Shown here in pieces: positions 9,181-19,552 of a stretch of 64,000 bases of DNA. Each line of letters starts with the position of its first letter. Position 1 is the stretch's first letter. Source of the stretch: an uncultured Chloroflexia bacterium (GTDB taxonomy: Bacteria > Chloroflexota > Anaerolineae > CG2-30-64-16); the NCBI GenBank assembly GCA_963774265.1, contig CAVZDU010000001.1, forward strand, positions 544,001 through 608,000. Direction: 5' to 3'. The position numbers and the translations under genes are program-made. The notes under the pieces are model-generated. The model was not told the DNA's origin and made no database searches. It saw nothing but the letters and a program-made list of their open reading frames with translations.

Positions 9181-10479
9181 ATGTCAGAACATCGAAGCTC
9201 TAACCGCGGCCCGATGGGCTTGCGGTCATTTCGTTTGTGCTCATTCCTCTTGCTGTTAGCCATCCTTGTATTCGCCGCCGCCTGCTCTTCATCTGCGGGT
9301 GGTTCAGGCTCTGCGACGGCTCGCGAGGCAGCCCTGCGACAGATTGCTGCGGAATATGCGCGCACGGGTGACCTGACGCAGGCGCAGGCCGCGTTGGACA
9401 GGCTGAATCTTGCCAACCCCGGCCAGTTGCTCCTGTCCCTGGCAGAGGCGGACGTCGCCACCGGCCGCGCCCGCGAGGAAATCGAGGCGACTGCCGCACT
9501 TGCTGAGATGTTGGGAGCGCGCAGTCAGAAGCTCACCGCCTATCTCTCGCCGACGATGGCGCCGGTCCCCACTCGGGAAGCTGTCCCTCCAACCGCTGCC
9601 CCAACCGTTGTGGTCGCGACGATAGAGCCGGCTTCGCCCATCCCGCCTTCACCGACGAGTATGGCGACGGCAACATTGGCGCCTACTGCTATTGAGCCGC
9701 CGCCCACCGCCAGCTCGACGCCCGAACCGCAAGAGCCGCGCGTCATAGCAGATGGCAATGTGAATTTACGCAGTGGTCCCGGCAGGGCCTACCCGGTGAT
9801 CGGCCAGCTGCGCGGGGGCCAGGAGACGCCGATTATCGGTCGTAACGCGAGCGGCGATTGGTGGCAGATAGAGTTCACGGGCGCACGCCAGGCGTGGGTT
9901 GCCGGCACGGTGGTTCGCGTCCTGGGTGCAATCGACACGGTCGCCGTGGCCAAGAATATTCCTGCGCCGCCCACCGCTGCCCCGCGGCCCACTGCCGCGC
10001 CCCAACCGACTGCGCCTCCCGCCGCGCCGGCAGGACCGCATTTCACGCTTGTGGTGCGGCGTCTGTGGACCCTGGAGGAAACGGGGGGCCATCTTGCAGG
10101 TGGAATATCGGTGAATTGCGGTTATGCGCATAATCTTCATGTCTACGTAAAGGATGCGGCCGGCAATTTACTCAACGGCGTGACCATCAGAGAGGCGGGT
10201 GGCGTTCAGCAGGAGCTGGCGAGCGGAAGCAAGGCGCCCGGGATGGCTGAGTTCGACCTGTATCCTCCCGGCAAAGATGTCTATATCATTCGTGATGTCG
10301 ACGGACGGCAGGCAACCAGTGACACCGGCGCGGCGCCGACCCTTACCGCCCCGATACCTTACGATATTCTGAGGGGTTCGCATTACTGCACGGACGATGC
10401 CGACTGCGCACACTTTGTCTCGGAGGGTGGCTGCAACGGTCACTATACCTGGGATATGGAATTCCGGCGGAACTACTAG
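9181..10479 (+). CDS. Lipoprotein with helical N-domain, Pro/Thr linker, bacterial SH3 domain and Cys-containing C-terminal domain
   Basis: Lipobox FAAAC and SH3 NVNLRSGPG.AYPVIG...GDWWQI...WVAG. The longer ORF start at 8833 overlaps the tRNA and is rejected. Confidence 0.8.
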   Translation: MSEHRSSNRGPMGLRSFRLCSFLLLLAILVFAAACSSSAGGSGSATAREAALRQIAAEYARTGDLTQAQAALDRLNLANPGQLLLSLAEADVATGRAREEIEATAALAEMLGARSQKLTAYLSPTMAPVPTREAVPPTAAPTVVVATIEPASPIPPSPTSMATATLAPTAIEPPPTASSTPEPQEPRVIADGNVNLRSGPGRAYPVIGQLRGGQETPIIGRNASGDWWQIEFTGARQAWVAGTVVRVLGAIDTVAVAKNIPAPPTAAPRPTAAPQPTAPPAAPAGPHFTLVVRRLWTLEETGGHLAGGISVNCGYAHNLHVYVKDAAGNLLNGVTIREAGGVQQELASGSKAPGMAEFDLYPPGKDVYIIRDVDGRQATSDTGAAPTLTAPIPYDILRGSHYCTDDADCAHFVSEGGCNGHYTWDMEFRRNY

Positions 10480-10544
10480 ACGCCGCTGCCTTTGATGCCT
10501 GAGTTGCCCGTCGCACGTTAGCGGGTAAATGAGGAGAATTGCTA

Positions 10545-12317
10545 GTGAAAGAATCTATGATGGAAAACACGCCGCTATTCTCGGTCCTGACCGAGGAGCA
10601 GCGTTCCCTGATCGCAGACCGCATGGTCGCCGAAACGCGTCGCGCTGGCGAGATCGTGTACCAGCAGGGACGACCCGCTTCAGCCCTCTACCTGATCCGT
10701 TCCGGCTGGGCTCGACTGCTCAGCGACCAACTCGGCGTGCTCAGCAATGTGGGCTCAGGCTCGTTGCTGGGCGAAACCGATATGGTCCTCGGTCGAAGCT
10801 ACAGCGTCTCCGCGGAGGCTGCGTCTGACTTGTCGCTGTGGGCCTTGCGGGATACGGATCTGAAAGCGGTCTTCGAGCAGAATCCCACCATTGCACGGGC
10901 CCTCAAGGTGGCATTGGGCGTAAGCGAGGACCAGACGCTGGAGCGGCATCTCCGCAAGCTCGAGCTGATGCATGGGTTGCAACCTCACGAGTTGCGCGAT
11001 GTGGCTGCGCATCTGCGGCCAGAGCATTTTGACGCCGGTCAGACCGTCTACCGCCAGGGTGCGGAGGGGGAGGCGCTCTACCTGCTTGACCAGGGTCAGG
11101 TGCAGGTCAGTAGCAATGCAGGCGTCATTGCCACAATCGGCGCCGGCGACGTCTTCGGCGAAGGTGCATTCCTCACCGGGGAGACGCGCAGCACGACCAT
11201 TACGGCGCTTACGGACGTAGTCGCCTGGTCGCTCGGCCGGACCGATTTCGAGCAATTGGCGTTGCGCTACCCGTCCCTGGCATTGAACCTCAGCCGGACG
11301 ATGAGCCGCAGGTTGCGCGAACGCAATCTCCGCGCCGCTGTTATTACGACGGCTCCGGCCGTCACTCCCGCCGTGACGTCATTGCCGGCGGCCGCTCCTG
11401 TGGTGATGCCGCCGCCCGCGGCCCCACCCTCGGCGGTGCCTGGCGCCTTGACCGGTCTTCATCGTGCTGCTGGAGCGGCCCCCTCCTGGTGGAGCCAGAG
11501 CAGCACGGGCGCGAAGGTGCGCCTGGTTGCTGTGATCGTCCTGTTGCTTTGGGTGCTCGGTGCGGCCGCCATTGCGGTGATCAACTCGCTCGTCGCTCAG
11601 AACACGGGCGTGAGTCGCTCAGCACCCATCGCTGCCGGGTTCCAGGAACGTGCAGTCCGCGTGGCGCTGGCTGCAGATCTGCCGGTGGATGTGACGGCAA
11701 CCTACACGCCTTGGCCGACCGAGACGCCCATTCCGACCGCGACGTTCACGCCCACTCCGATACCTACAGAGACGCCCATTCCGACCGCGACATTTACCCC
11801 GACGGATACCCCGGTGCCGCCGACGGACACGCCGGCGCCGACGCGTGTGCCGGTGAGGTCAGTCGCCCGCGCAGCCGCCGCACCTGCGGTGCAGGCTGCC
11901 GTAGCTGCCGCACCCGCTCCTGCGCCGAAGTCAAGCACACAGTTCACCGTGATCGAATCTCGCCGTCTTAGCCCTTGCGAGAACCGCGGCATGCACAACA
12001 TCTTTATGAAGGTAGTAGATGGGGCCGGCAACCCGGTCGACGGGGTTACGTTGGTGCAGACCCCCAATGGGCAGCCTGGCAACGTGCTGGATAAGCAGGT
12101 TTCGGGCTCCAAGGGGCCGGGGCAGGCCGAGTTCTTGCTGTGGAAGATGGCCGAGTACAGCGTCTATGTGAGCGGAGATGGTGTGAACCCCGGCAACAGC
12201 GAGATCGCTCAGCCGCTCCATTCGAATTTCACCGACGAGGCGGAGTGTAGTTCGGGCGGTGGTGGCAACACCCTGTTCCACAACTCCTTCAGCGTGGTGT
12301 TTCGCAAGAATTTCTAA
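10545..12317 (+). CDS. Membrane protein with two cyclic-nucleotide-binding domains, one TM helix, PT repeats and an extracellular C-terminal domain
   Basis: Two cNMP folds (YQQG..ASALYLIRSG; YRQG..GEALYLLDQG...FGEGAFLTGETRST) and TM VAVIVLLLWVLGAAAI. GAGGAG RBS before GTG at 10545. Confidence 0.83.
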   Translation: MKESMMENTPLFSVLTEEQRSLIADRMVAETRRAGEIVYQQGRPASALYLIRSGWARLLSDQLGVLSNVGSGSLLGETDMVLGRSYSVSAEAASDLSLWALRDTDLKAVFEQNPTIARALKVALGVSEDQTLERHLRKLELMHGLQPHELRDVAAHLRPEHFDAGQTVYRQGAEGEALYLLDQGQVQVSSNAGVIATIGAGDVFGEGAFLTGETRSTTITALTDVVAWSLGRTDFEQLALRYPSLALNLSRTMSRRLRERNLRAAVITTAPAVTPAVTSLPAAAPVVMPPPAAPPSAVPGALTGLHRAAGAAPSWWSQSSTGAKVRLVAVIVLLLWVLGAAAIAVINSLVAQNTGVSRSAPIAAGFQERAVRVALAADLPVDVTATYTPWPTETPIPTATFTPTPIPTETPIPTATFTPTDTPVPPTDTPAPTRVPVRSVARAAAAPAVQAAVAAAPAPAPKSSTQFTVIESRRLSPCENRGMHNIFMKVVDGAGNPVDGVTLVQTPNGQPGNVLDKQVSGSKGPGQAEFLLWKMAEYSVYVSGDGVNPGNSEIAQPLHSNFTDEAECSSGGGGNTLFHNSFSVVFRKNF

Positions 12318-12339
12318 ACCACAGACCTTACGCCTTCAG

Positions 12340-12366
12340 GCCCCGAGTCCAACTCGGGGCTTTTTT
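12340..12366 (+). terminator. Intrinsic terminator
   Basis: GCCCCGAGT-CCA-ACTCGGGGC followed by TTTTTT. Confidence 0.85.
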
Positions 12367-12460
12367 GTTCTCGTTGACACCGGCAAGGCGGAAATGCTAA
12401 ACTGGTCGCGAGCGCATCTATCGGCCGCCGCCTGGACTATGTGTCGGATGGAGTAGCACC

Positions 12461-13603
12461 ATGTTGGACTACACGTTGACCGGGGAACAGGAGATGATCC
12501 GGGATCTGGCCCGGAGCTTCGCAAAGAAAGAGATCCTCCCCGTCGCCGAATTGTACGACCGCAACGATGAATACCCCTGGCCCGTCGTCAAGAAAGCCCA
12601 GAAACTCGGGCTGATCAGCTCGAATGTTCCCGAGCGTTACGGCGGTCCTGGCTTTGGAGTAGTGGAAGAATGCATCATCAACGAGGAGCTCGCCTGGGGC
12701 TGCTCCGGCATTCAGACCGCGTTGATGCTAAACAACGTTGCCGCCTGGCCCATCATCCTGGTCGGAACAGAGGACCAGAAGCAGCGCTATCTGCCGAGGC
12801 TTACACAGGGCGGTGAATTGGGCGCTTATGCCCTGACCGAACCTGCTGCGGGTTCCGACGTTGCGGGCCTCCTCACAGCAGCCGTCAGGCAGGGCGAAGA
12901 ATATCTCCTCACCGGCACGAAAACCTGGATCACTAACGCACCGGTTGCTAGCTTTTTCATCGCTTTTGCCAAAACCGACTTCGAGGCGCGACATCGCGGC
13001 ATGAGTGCCTTTATCGTGGATCGGGAATGGCCAGGCGTCACTTTGAGCAAGCCGATGAAGAAGATGGGCCAGCACGCCGCGTGGACGGGCGAAATCGTCA
13101 TGGAAGACGTGCGTGTGCCAGCAGAAAACCGGTTGGGGAATGAAGGCGACGGCTTTGCGATCGCAATGAGGGTGTTCGACCGTTCTCGACCGCCTGTGGC
13201 TGCGGCCGCGGTCGGAGTTGCTCGCCGCGCCCTCGACGAAGCAACCCGATACGCGATGCAACGCAAGGCCTTCGGCAAGCGTATCGTCGAGCACCAGGGC
13301 ATCGGCTTCATGCTGGCCGACATGGCCATGAGTATCGAGGCCGCTGAACACCTGGTTCGTCATTCGGCCTGGCTGATCGATCAAGGCTTACCCAACGTGA
13401 AGGAAGCGGCTATGGCGAAGGCCTTTGCTGCTGACGCATGTATGAAAGTCACGACCGACGCGGTTCAGGTTTTTGGTGGTTACGGGTACAGTGCAGAGTA
13501 TCCGGTCGAGAAGCTGATGCGCGATGCCAAGATTTATCAGATCTACGAGGGCACGAGTCAGATCCAGCGTGTGATTATTGCACGTGAGCTGACCAGGCGT
13601 TAG
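12461..13603 (+). CDS. Acyl-CoA dehydrogenase
   Basis: ALTEPAAGSDV, GTKTWITNA, RKAFG, GGYGY...VEKLMRDAK...IYEGTSQIQR. Confidence 0.95.
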   Translation: MLDYTLTGEQEMIRDLARSFAKKEILPVAELYDRNDEYPWPVVKKAQKLGLISSNVPERYGGPGFGVVEECIINEELAWGCSGIQTALMLNNVAAWPIILVGTEDQKQRYLPRLTQGGELGAYALTEPAAGSDVAGLLTAAVRQGEEYLLTGTKTWITNAPVASFFIAFAKTDFEARHRGMSAFIVDREWPGVTLSKPMKKMGQHAAWTGEIVMEDVRVPAENRLGNEGDGFAIAMRVFDRSRPPVAAAAVGVARRALDEATRYAMQRKAFGKRIVEHQGIGFMLADMAMSIEAAEHLVRHSAWLIDQGLPNVKEAAMAKAFAADACMKVTTDAVQVFGGYGYSAEYPVEKLMRDAKIYQIYEGTSQIQRVIIARELTRR

Positions 13604-13621
13604 GAGCGGGATAGAGGTGCT

Positions 13622-16222
13622 TTGTTGAATCGCACAGCCACCACCGCCTTAAACGTCACACTGAAAGGCTTCGAACGCACCCGTAGGCCGAAAACCGCAG
13701 GACGTCTGCGCCTGGATGGATTGCACGAATGGGTCGAGATCTTTCGCGATTCATGGGGCGTCCCCCACATCTACGCGCACAGCGCACATGACCTCCTCTT
13801 CGCGCAGGGCTTCGTTCACGCGCAGGATCGGCTATGGCAGATGGACTTCCAACGACGGGTGGTCGCTGGACGCCTGGCCGAGGTGCTGGGAGATATCGCC
13901 CTCCAGACAGATCGCGGCCTCCGCATTCTTGGCATGTATCGAGTCGCTGAGGCTGAAGTCGGCCTGCTCGGGGATGAAAGCCGGGTCGAGCTGGAGGCGT
14001 ACACGGCCGGCGTCAATGCGTGCATTGCGCGGCAGCCGCTTCCGGTTGAGTTCACGCTGCTGCGTTATCAACCCGAGCCGTGGACCCCGGCCGATTCGCT
14101 GTGCTGGGCGAAAATGATCTCGTGGGGCCTGTCCATCAACTGGGAGACAGAGCTGCTGCGGGCGCGTCTGATTGCCGAATTGGGTCCCGATCTGGCCGCA
14201 GAGCTGGAGCCGCCGCAGCCGTTTGGCACCTGGCCGATTGTCACAGCGGGCTTGGGCGGTAAGCTCTCCGAGCGCAGTTCCGAACAAAACGAAGGAACGC
14301 AGGGGGCGCTTGCGCCGCACGCGCTGCCGCACAGTGCAAGCAGGGATGCTCACCGCCCCCGGCCGACCGTCTCCGCGGGAATGGACCCTGACCCACGGTC
14401 CGCGGGTGGTTCGATGGGCAGCAACAACTGGGTCCTCGCCGGCTCGCGCACCGTGACCGGCAAACCAATCCTTGCCAACGACATGCATCTGCCACTCACG
14501 GCGCCTGCCATCTGGTACGAGAACCACCTGGTGTCGGCTGGCGAACCCGACGCGCTCGATGTCACAGGCATCACCTTTCCCGGCATCCCCTACGTTATCG
14601 CCGGGCACAACGGGCGGGTGGCCTGGGGCTTCACCAACGGCTACCCCGATGTGCAGGACCTTTACATGGAGCGCCTGCGCCGCACTCCGAGCGGAGTGCA
14701 GTTCGAGTACGACGGTGAGTGGCATGATGCGGAGGTGCATCGGGAGGAAATCCGGGTCAAGGGCAGCCCGTCCGTTGTTCAGGAAGTGATCGTCACCCGC
14801 CATGGTCCGATTATCAATGAATTGGCGCCAGGCCTGGCCACGGGCTTGGGGTCGGACGGTCTGCCTGAAGAGCCTCTCGCACTGCGATGGACCTCCCTCG
14901 ATCCCGCGACGATGGTTGAGGCTCTGCGCGTTATGAACCACAGCCGGACCTGTGATGAGTTTCGTGAGGCCCTGCGGCACTGGGTCGCGCCGGTGCAGAA
15001 CGTTGTCTATGCTGACACACACGGCGACATCGGCTACAGCTATCCTGGTCGTGTGCCGATCCGCGCAAAAGGAGATGGTCGTGTTCCTGTCCCTGGCTGG
15101 ACGAGCGAGCACGAATGGCTCGGCTACATCCCGTTTGACGAGCTGCCGCATCAAAAGAATCCGGCCTCCGGCTACGTGATCTCCGCGAATAACAGAGCGG
15201 TCGACGACAGATATCCATACTTCCTTGGCCGTGAGTTCGGTATGGGCGACAGGGCCGAGAGGATCCTTGCTTTGGTCGAGTCCACCCCGAGGATGGATGT
15301 CATTGATATTCGCAGGATGCACCTGGATCAAATCTCACCATCTCTGGGCCGGCTCGCGAGGCGCCTGGCCAGCCTGGAGGTTGCTGACCCTGCCTTGCAG
15401 GGCCTGGTGACCCTGGTCAAAGGGTGGGATGGCTGGCTGTCGGCCGACAGCCCGGCGACCTCCGTGTGTGAAGTGTTCGGACTGCTGTTGCAAAAGGTGG
15501 TCATGGAGGCGAAGCTCGACGCCGGGCGACAGGCCGACAGCGCCGGGCACACCCTTACACAGCGAGTCATGGGGGTCGGGCCCATGCCGGGTATACAAGA
15601 GGCCACCTTCTTCTCGCATCGCCTGTGGGAATGGATGTACACCGCGCTCGAACGGCCGGATTGGCACTGGTTTGACCTCGGCGGCGGGGAGAGGCGCGAC
15701 GATGTGATGCGCCTGGCGCTGCAGCGAACGTACGACTATCTGCAAGATCGGCTGGGTGAGCCCCAAATGCCGGATTATCACAGTTGGGCGTGGGGACGGC
15801 TGCACATGTTGACGTTTGGGCACGTGGCCGGCCGCGTGCCGGCCCTCGCGGGGCATTTCAACCGCGGCCCGTACCCGGTCGGGGGCGACGGGAATACCAT
15901 TTTTGCGACTGGCGGTGGGTTGACCGTCGAAGCGAGCACCGCGGTTATTGGGCCGCCGTTCAGGTTCATCGCGGATCTGTCAGATCTCTCGAAATGTTAT
16001 GGCTTGTTAGCGCCCGGCAATTCTGGCCGGCCGGACAGTCCGCACTACGATGATCAGATCGAGGCATGGTTCAAGGGGCAATACCATCCGATGCTCTACG
16101 CACGCGACGATGTTGAGCACGGCGCGCGCCATTGGTTGCTGCTTTCCCCGCAACAGCAAGTCACCGCCGCGTCAGGCCCCAGAGGAAGGCGGCTGCGGCT
16201 GCGACGAAAAGGCCAGTCGTGA
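13622..16222 (+). CDS. Penicillin acylase family Ntn-hydrolase (peptidase S45)
   Basis: RDSWGVPHIYA, HAQDRLWQMD, catalytic GSNNW, LANDMHL and PGNSG..DSPHYDDQ. Confidence 0.93.
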   Translation: MLNRTATTALNVTLKGFERTRRPKTAGRLRLDGLHEWVEIFRDSWGVPHIYAHSAHDLLFAQGFVHAQDRLWQMDFQRRVVAGRLAEVLGDIALQTDRGLRILGMYRVAEAEVGLLGDESRVELEAYTAGVNACIARQPLPVEFTLLRYQPEPWTPADSLCWAKMISWGLSINWETELLRARLIAELGPDLAAELEPPQPFGTWPIVTAGLGGKLSERSSEQNEGTQGALAPHALPHSASRDAHRPRPTVSAGMDPDPRSAGGSMGSNNWVLAGSRTVTGKPILANDMHLPLTAPAIWYENHLVSAGEPDALDVTGITFPGIPYVIAGHNGRVAWGFTNGYPDVQDLYMERLRRTPSGVQFEYDGEWHDAEVHREEIRVKGSPSVVQEVIVTRHGPIINELAPGLATGLGSDGLPEEPLALRWTSLDPATMVEALRVMNHSRTCDEFREALRHWVAPVQNVVYADTHGDIGYSYPGRVPIRAKGDGRVPVPGWTSEHEWLGYIPFDELPHQKNPASGYVISANNRAVDDRYPYFLGREFGMGDRAERILALVESTPRMDVIDIRRMHLDQISPSLGRLARRLASLEVADPALQGLVTLVKGWDGWLSADSPATSVCEVFGLLLQKVVMEAKLDAGRQADSAGHTLTQRVMGVGPMPGIQEATFFSHRLWEWMYTALERPDWHWFDLGGGERRDDVMRLALQRTYDYLQDRLGEPQMPDYHSWAWGRLHMLTFGHVAGRVPALAGHFNRGPYPVGGDGNTIFATGGGLTVEASTAVIGPPFRFIADLSDLSKCYGLLAPGNSGRPDSPHYDDQIEAWFKGQYHPMLYARDDVEHGARHWLLLSPQQQVTAASGPRGRRLRLRRKGQS

Positions 16223-17934
16223 CGGCGGTGGAGCCATCTGTTGAACGTAACACCACCCCCGCGATCAGAAGGCCTGCGGCGAATATCCCCCAGGTGAGCC
16301 TGTCCACAGCGCGTTCGAGACGGCGCACGGCCTTTGCAGCATCTGGGGCGAGCGCGGTTTGCTGCGTCAGCTCTCCCCGCTCGGCCGCGGTAAGGAGTCG
16401 ATCCAGCCGAGCAGGCAGCAGGAGCGCCAACTGCACCATTCTGCCCAACTCATCCAGGATGCCGCGCCAGTCGCGCGTGAGCTGGGCTGAAGCCAGTCGC
16501 TCGGCGAAGGGCAGTGTCGCGGCCCACGGATCGAAGTGTGGGTCGAGGGTCGTTGCCATGCCCGAGAGGATGGCGACCGCGCGCATGGCAAAAAGCACGT
16601 CCGTGGGAAATTGGAATGGCATCTCGTAGATGAGATCGCTGTACTCGCGTACCATGAACTGCGCCTGCTGCATGGCGACATCGCTGAGCTGCCCCATCCG
16701 TACGCCGCCGAACCGGGCGAACATGACCTCGTGCAATTCTTCGATGCGCTGTCGGTCCGCCCCAGGTAGCAACACCCCGGCATCGTAGTAGGCTTGCACC
16801 AGTCTCCGCGCATCTCGCGTCCCCACCGCAATGGCCACATCTCGCATGGCGCCGCGCATGCTCTCAGGGATCACCGCAACCATGCCGAAGTCAACGAAGA
16901 TCAGCCAGAATGGTCGGGGTGCATCGGGTCGGGCCTTGGGGTCCGGGTCCAGCGGGTGGATGAACAGGTTGCCCGGGTGCGGATCGGCATGGACGAAGCT
17001 GTGGACGAAGATTTGCTCCAGGTAGGTATCGTATAGCCTGCGGGCGACCTCCGCTCGGCTGATGCCTGCCGCTTCAATCGCCTTCAAATCATCGACCTTG
17101 ATGCTGGCGACATTCTCCAGGGTCAACACGCGTCGTGTGGTGTACTCCCAGAAGACATCTGCAATGTAGATGCCGTGATCGTTCGCGAAGTCACCTGCAA
17201 AACGGTCCGCATTGCGGCCTTCAGCGACGAAATCCAGTTCCAGCGCGCGTGGTGCGCGCGAATTCCTCATATAGCCGGTCAAGGTCCGCATGCCGGGTGA
17301 TCGGTCCGTAGAATTTGAGCCAGTTGGCGGCGAGCCGCAGCGCCGCCAGATCCGTCTCGACGAGCGACTCGATCCGCGGCCGTTGCACCTTGACCACCAC
17401 TTCCTCTCCGGTGTGTAATCGCGCCTGATGCACCTGGGCCAACGATGCCGCCGCTTGGGGCACGGGGGAGAGCCAGGCGTAGACCTCTTCGACCGATCGT
17501 TTGAATTCCTCCTCGATGACCCTGCGCACGTCGTCTAGCGTCTCGGCAGGCACCTCATCTTGCAGGCCGCGCAACTCCGCGGTGACCTCCGGTGGCAAGA
17601 CATCCACGCGAATGCTGAGAAACTGACCGAGCTTGATCAGTACACCGCCATAATGCAGCGCAAGCACACGGTAATGTCGGGCATGGCCGCGCCAACGCGG
17701 CAGGGTTGTGGAGCGCACGTAAGTGCGGAAGCCGGGCACATGCCCCAGGATCAGGTCCCAGGCGATAAACGAGAGGAAAACGCGGGCGAAGAAGAAGGCG
17801 ACGCGCAGGTAGCGGCCGCGATCGAGGGCTGGTGCAATGTTCTCCGAGGTTTGCACCAACTGGGCAAGCTCATCCAACACTGCCTGCCCGCCGGGCGCCG
17901 TTCTGGCGCGTCGAAAGCGGCGCCCTATCGTCAT
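16161..17934 (-). CDS. ABC1/UbiB/AarF atypical kinase (one apparent frameshift near 17245)
   Basis: IKLGQFLS, AASLAQVH and VVVKVQRP in one frame; ELDF..EG, HADPHPGN and DFGM in the next. Confidence 0.88.
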
Positions 17935-17940
17935 GGTGTC

Positions 17941-18016
17941 ATTGTACCCCTCTTCATTTGCGTGTCAACAAATCACGGCGCAAGGGTTTTGACAGAAGCA
18001 CATTGGCGTCTATAAT
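17941..18016. promoter_or_regulatory. Back-to-back sigma70 promoters for the UbiB-family gene (-) and tupB (+)
   Basis: Minus strand TTGACA-16-TACAAT (17968-17941); plus strand TTGACA-16-TATAAT (17989-18016). Confidence 0.65.
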
Positions 18017-18062
18017 CGCACCAATACAATTATACACGCCCCCGGCGTGAGACGTACGGGAC

Positions 18063-18755
18063 ATGATTGAAGCATTCCGCTTGATCTTTGGTGGTGATTC
18101 AGGCCTATTCGAAATCGTGCTGCTTTCGCTGCGGGTATCGGGCATCGCGTTGGCGCTCAGCACGCTGATCGGTATTCCATTAGGCGCCGTGTTAGGGCTG
18201 GGACGTTTTGGGGGTCGCCGCGCGCTCGTTGCGCTCATGTACACCGGCATGGGCTTTCCGCCGGTGGTTGTGGGCCTTTTTGTCTATTTGCTGCTTTCGC
18301 GCAGCGGTCCGTTGGGTCAACTCAATTCGTCTCTTATCCCGGACCTGTTTACGCCCGGCGCAATGGTCATCGCACAGTGCATAATCGCATTTCCCTTGGT
18401 CGCCGGGTTTACAATGGCCGCGGTCATGGGCGTCGACGCGGGTTTGCGCCAGCAAGTGCGGTCGCTCGGCGCTACAGATTGGCAGACGACGCTTACCGTG
18501 CTCCTCGAAGCGCGCGTCGGCGTAATTGTCTCGATCATCGCCGGTTTCGGGGGAATCATTTCCGAAGTCGGCGCGGTCATGCTCGTGGGCGGCAACATCG
18601 AAGGACGCACTCGCGTCCTGACAACGGCCATCGTGCTTGAAACGCGCCAGGGCAACTTCGACCTGGCGCTTGCGCTTGGCGCCATCCTGCTTGCGATCAC
18701 GTTTGTGGTCAATGTGGTCATGCTACGCCTGCAGGGAAAGGCTTTCAGCGAATGA
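18063..18755 (+). CDS. tupB: Tungstate/molybdate ABC transporter permease
   Basis: PPVVVGL.VY.LLSRSGPLG and ISEVGAVMLVGGNIEGRTRVLTTAIVLETRQG, typical of TupB. Confidence 0.85.
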   Translation: MIEAFRLIFGGDSGLFEIVLLSLRVSGIALALSTLIGIPLGAVLGLGRFGGRRALVALMYTGMGFPPVVVGLFVYLLLSRSGPLGQLNSSLIPDLFTPGAMVIAQCIIAFPLVAGFTMAAVMGVDAGLRQQVRSLGATDWQTTLTVLLEARVGVIVSIIAGFGGIISEVGAVMLVGGNIEGRTRVLTTAIVLETRQGNFDLALALGAILLAITFVVNVVMLRLQGKAFSE

Positions 18756-19493
18756 ATCTCGATATGAACCCCTCTTACTATGTTCAAAATTTGACCAAGG
18801 TCTACCATGATCGACAGGTGCTGGGGATTGACCGGCTGGACATTCGCCCGGGGGAAATCCTGGCCATCGTGGGCCCAAGTGGTTCGGGGAAAAGCACTCT
18901 GTTGCGGCTCCTTAATTTTTTGGAGCCTCCCACTGCTGGGCGCATCGACTACCGGGGCGAGCAGTTTGAAGCTACCGGGAGTGTTTCACTGGATGTTCGT
19001 CGCAGCGTGACGACGGTGGCGCAGCGGCCGGTCCTTTTGAATCGCTCGGTCAAGGCGAACGTGGAGTTTGGCTTGCGCCTGCGGGGTCGGCGAGATAGTG
19101 TCGGAGAGGTGCGCGCGGCTCTGGAAAAGGTGGGTCTGGCTGCGTTGGAAGGGCAGCCGGCCCGCACCCTTTCAGGAGGCGAGGCGCAACGCGTGGCATT
19201 GGCTCGCGCAATGGTCATCCGGCCCGATGTCCTGCTGCTCGATGAGCCGACCGCCAACCTCGATCCATACAATGTTGGGGTCATTGAAGATGCGGTGCGT
19301 CGACTAAACGAAGAACAAGGCACCACAGTGATCTTGGTGACGCACAATGTTTTCCAGGCGCGCACGTCTCGCACACCGCGTCGCCCTGATCCTCGACGGC
19401 AAAATCGTGGAGGTCGAGAACACGGAGGTCTTCTTCGAGCACCCGAAGGATCCACGAACTACAGCGTTTGTCCGCGGTGAAATGGTTTACTAG
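18752..19493 (+). CDS. tupC: Tungstate ABC transporter ATP-binding protein (apparent frameshift near 19363)
   Basis: GPSGSGKST, LSGGEAQR, LLLDEPT and VTHN. The shifted frame restores RLAHRVALILDGKIVE...FVRGEMVY*. Confidence 0.82.
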
Positions 19494-19552
19494 CGTGAGC
19501 CGGAGCGCGCAGGTGCGGCTTCAGTTGTTCCGGGTTGCTGTCAGCCGTTCCT

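Noticed and set aside
11713-11830. 48-bp-period direct repeat in the cNMP gene
   Set aside because: It encodes an ordinary PTETPIPTATFTPT linker duplication.
13832-15331. Long antisense ORFs (e.g. 499 aa here and 468 aa at 47027-48433)
   Set aside because: They are shadow frames of high-GC coding genes, with no recognisable motifs.
18017-18062. Moco/Wco riboswitch upstream of tupB
   Set aside because: The leader after the promoter is only ~40 nt, too short for that RNA.
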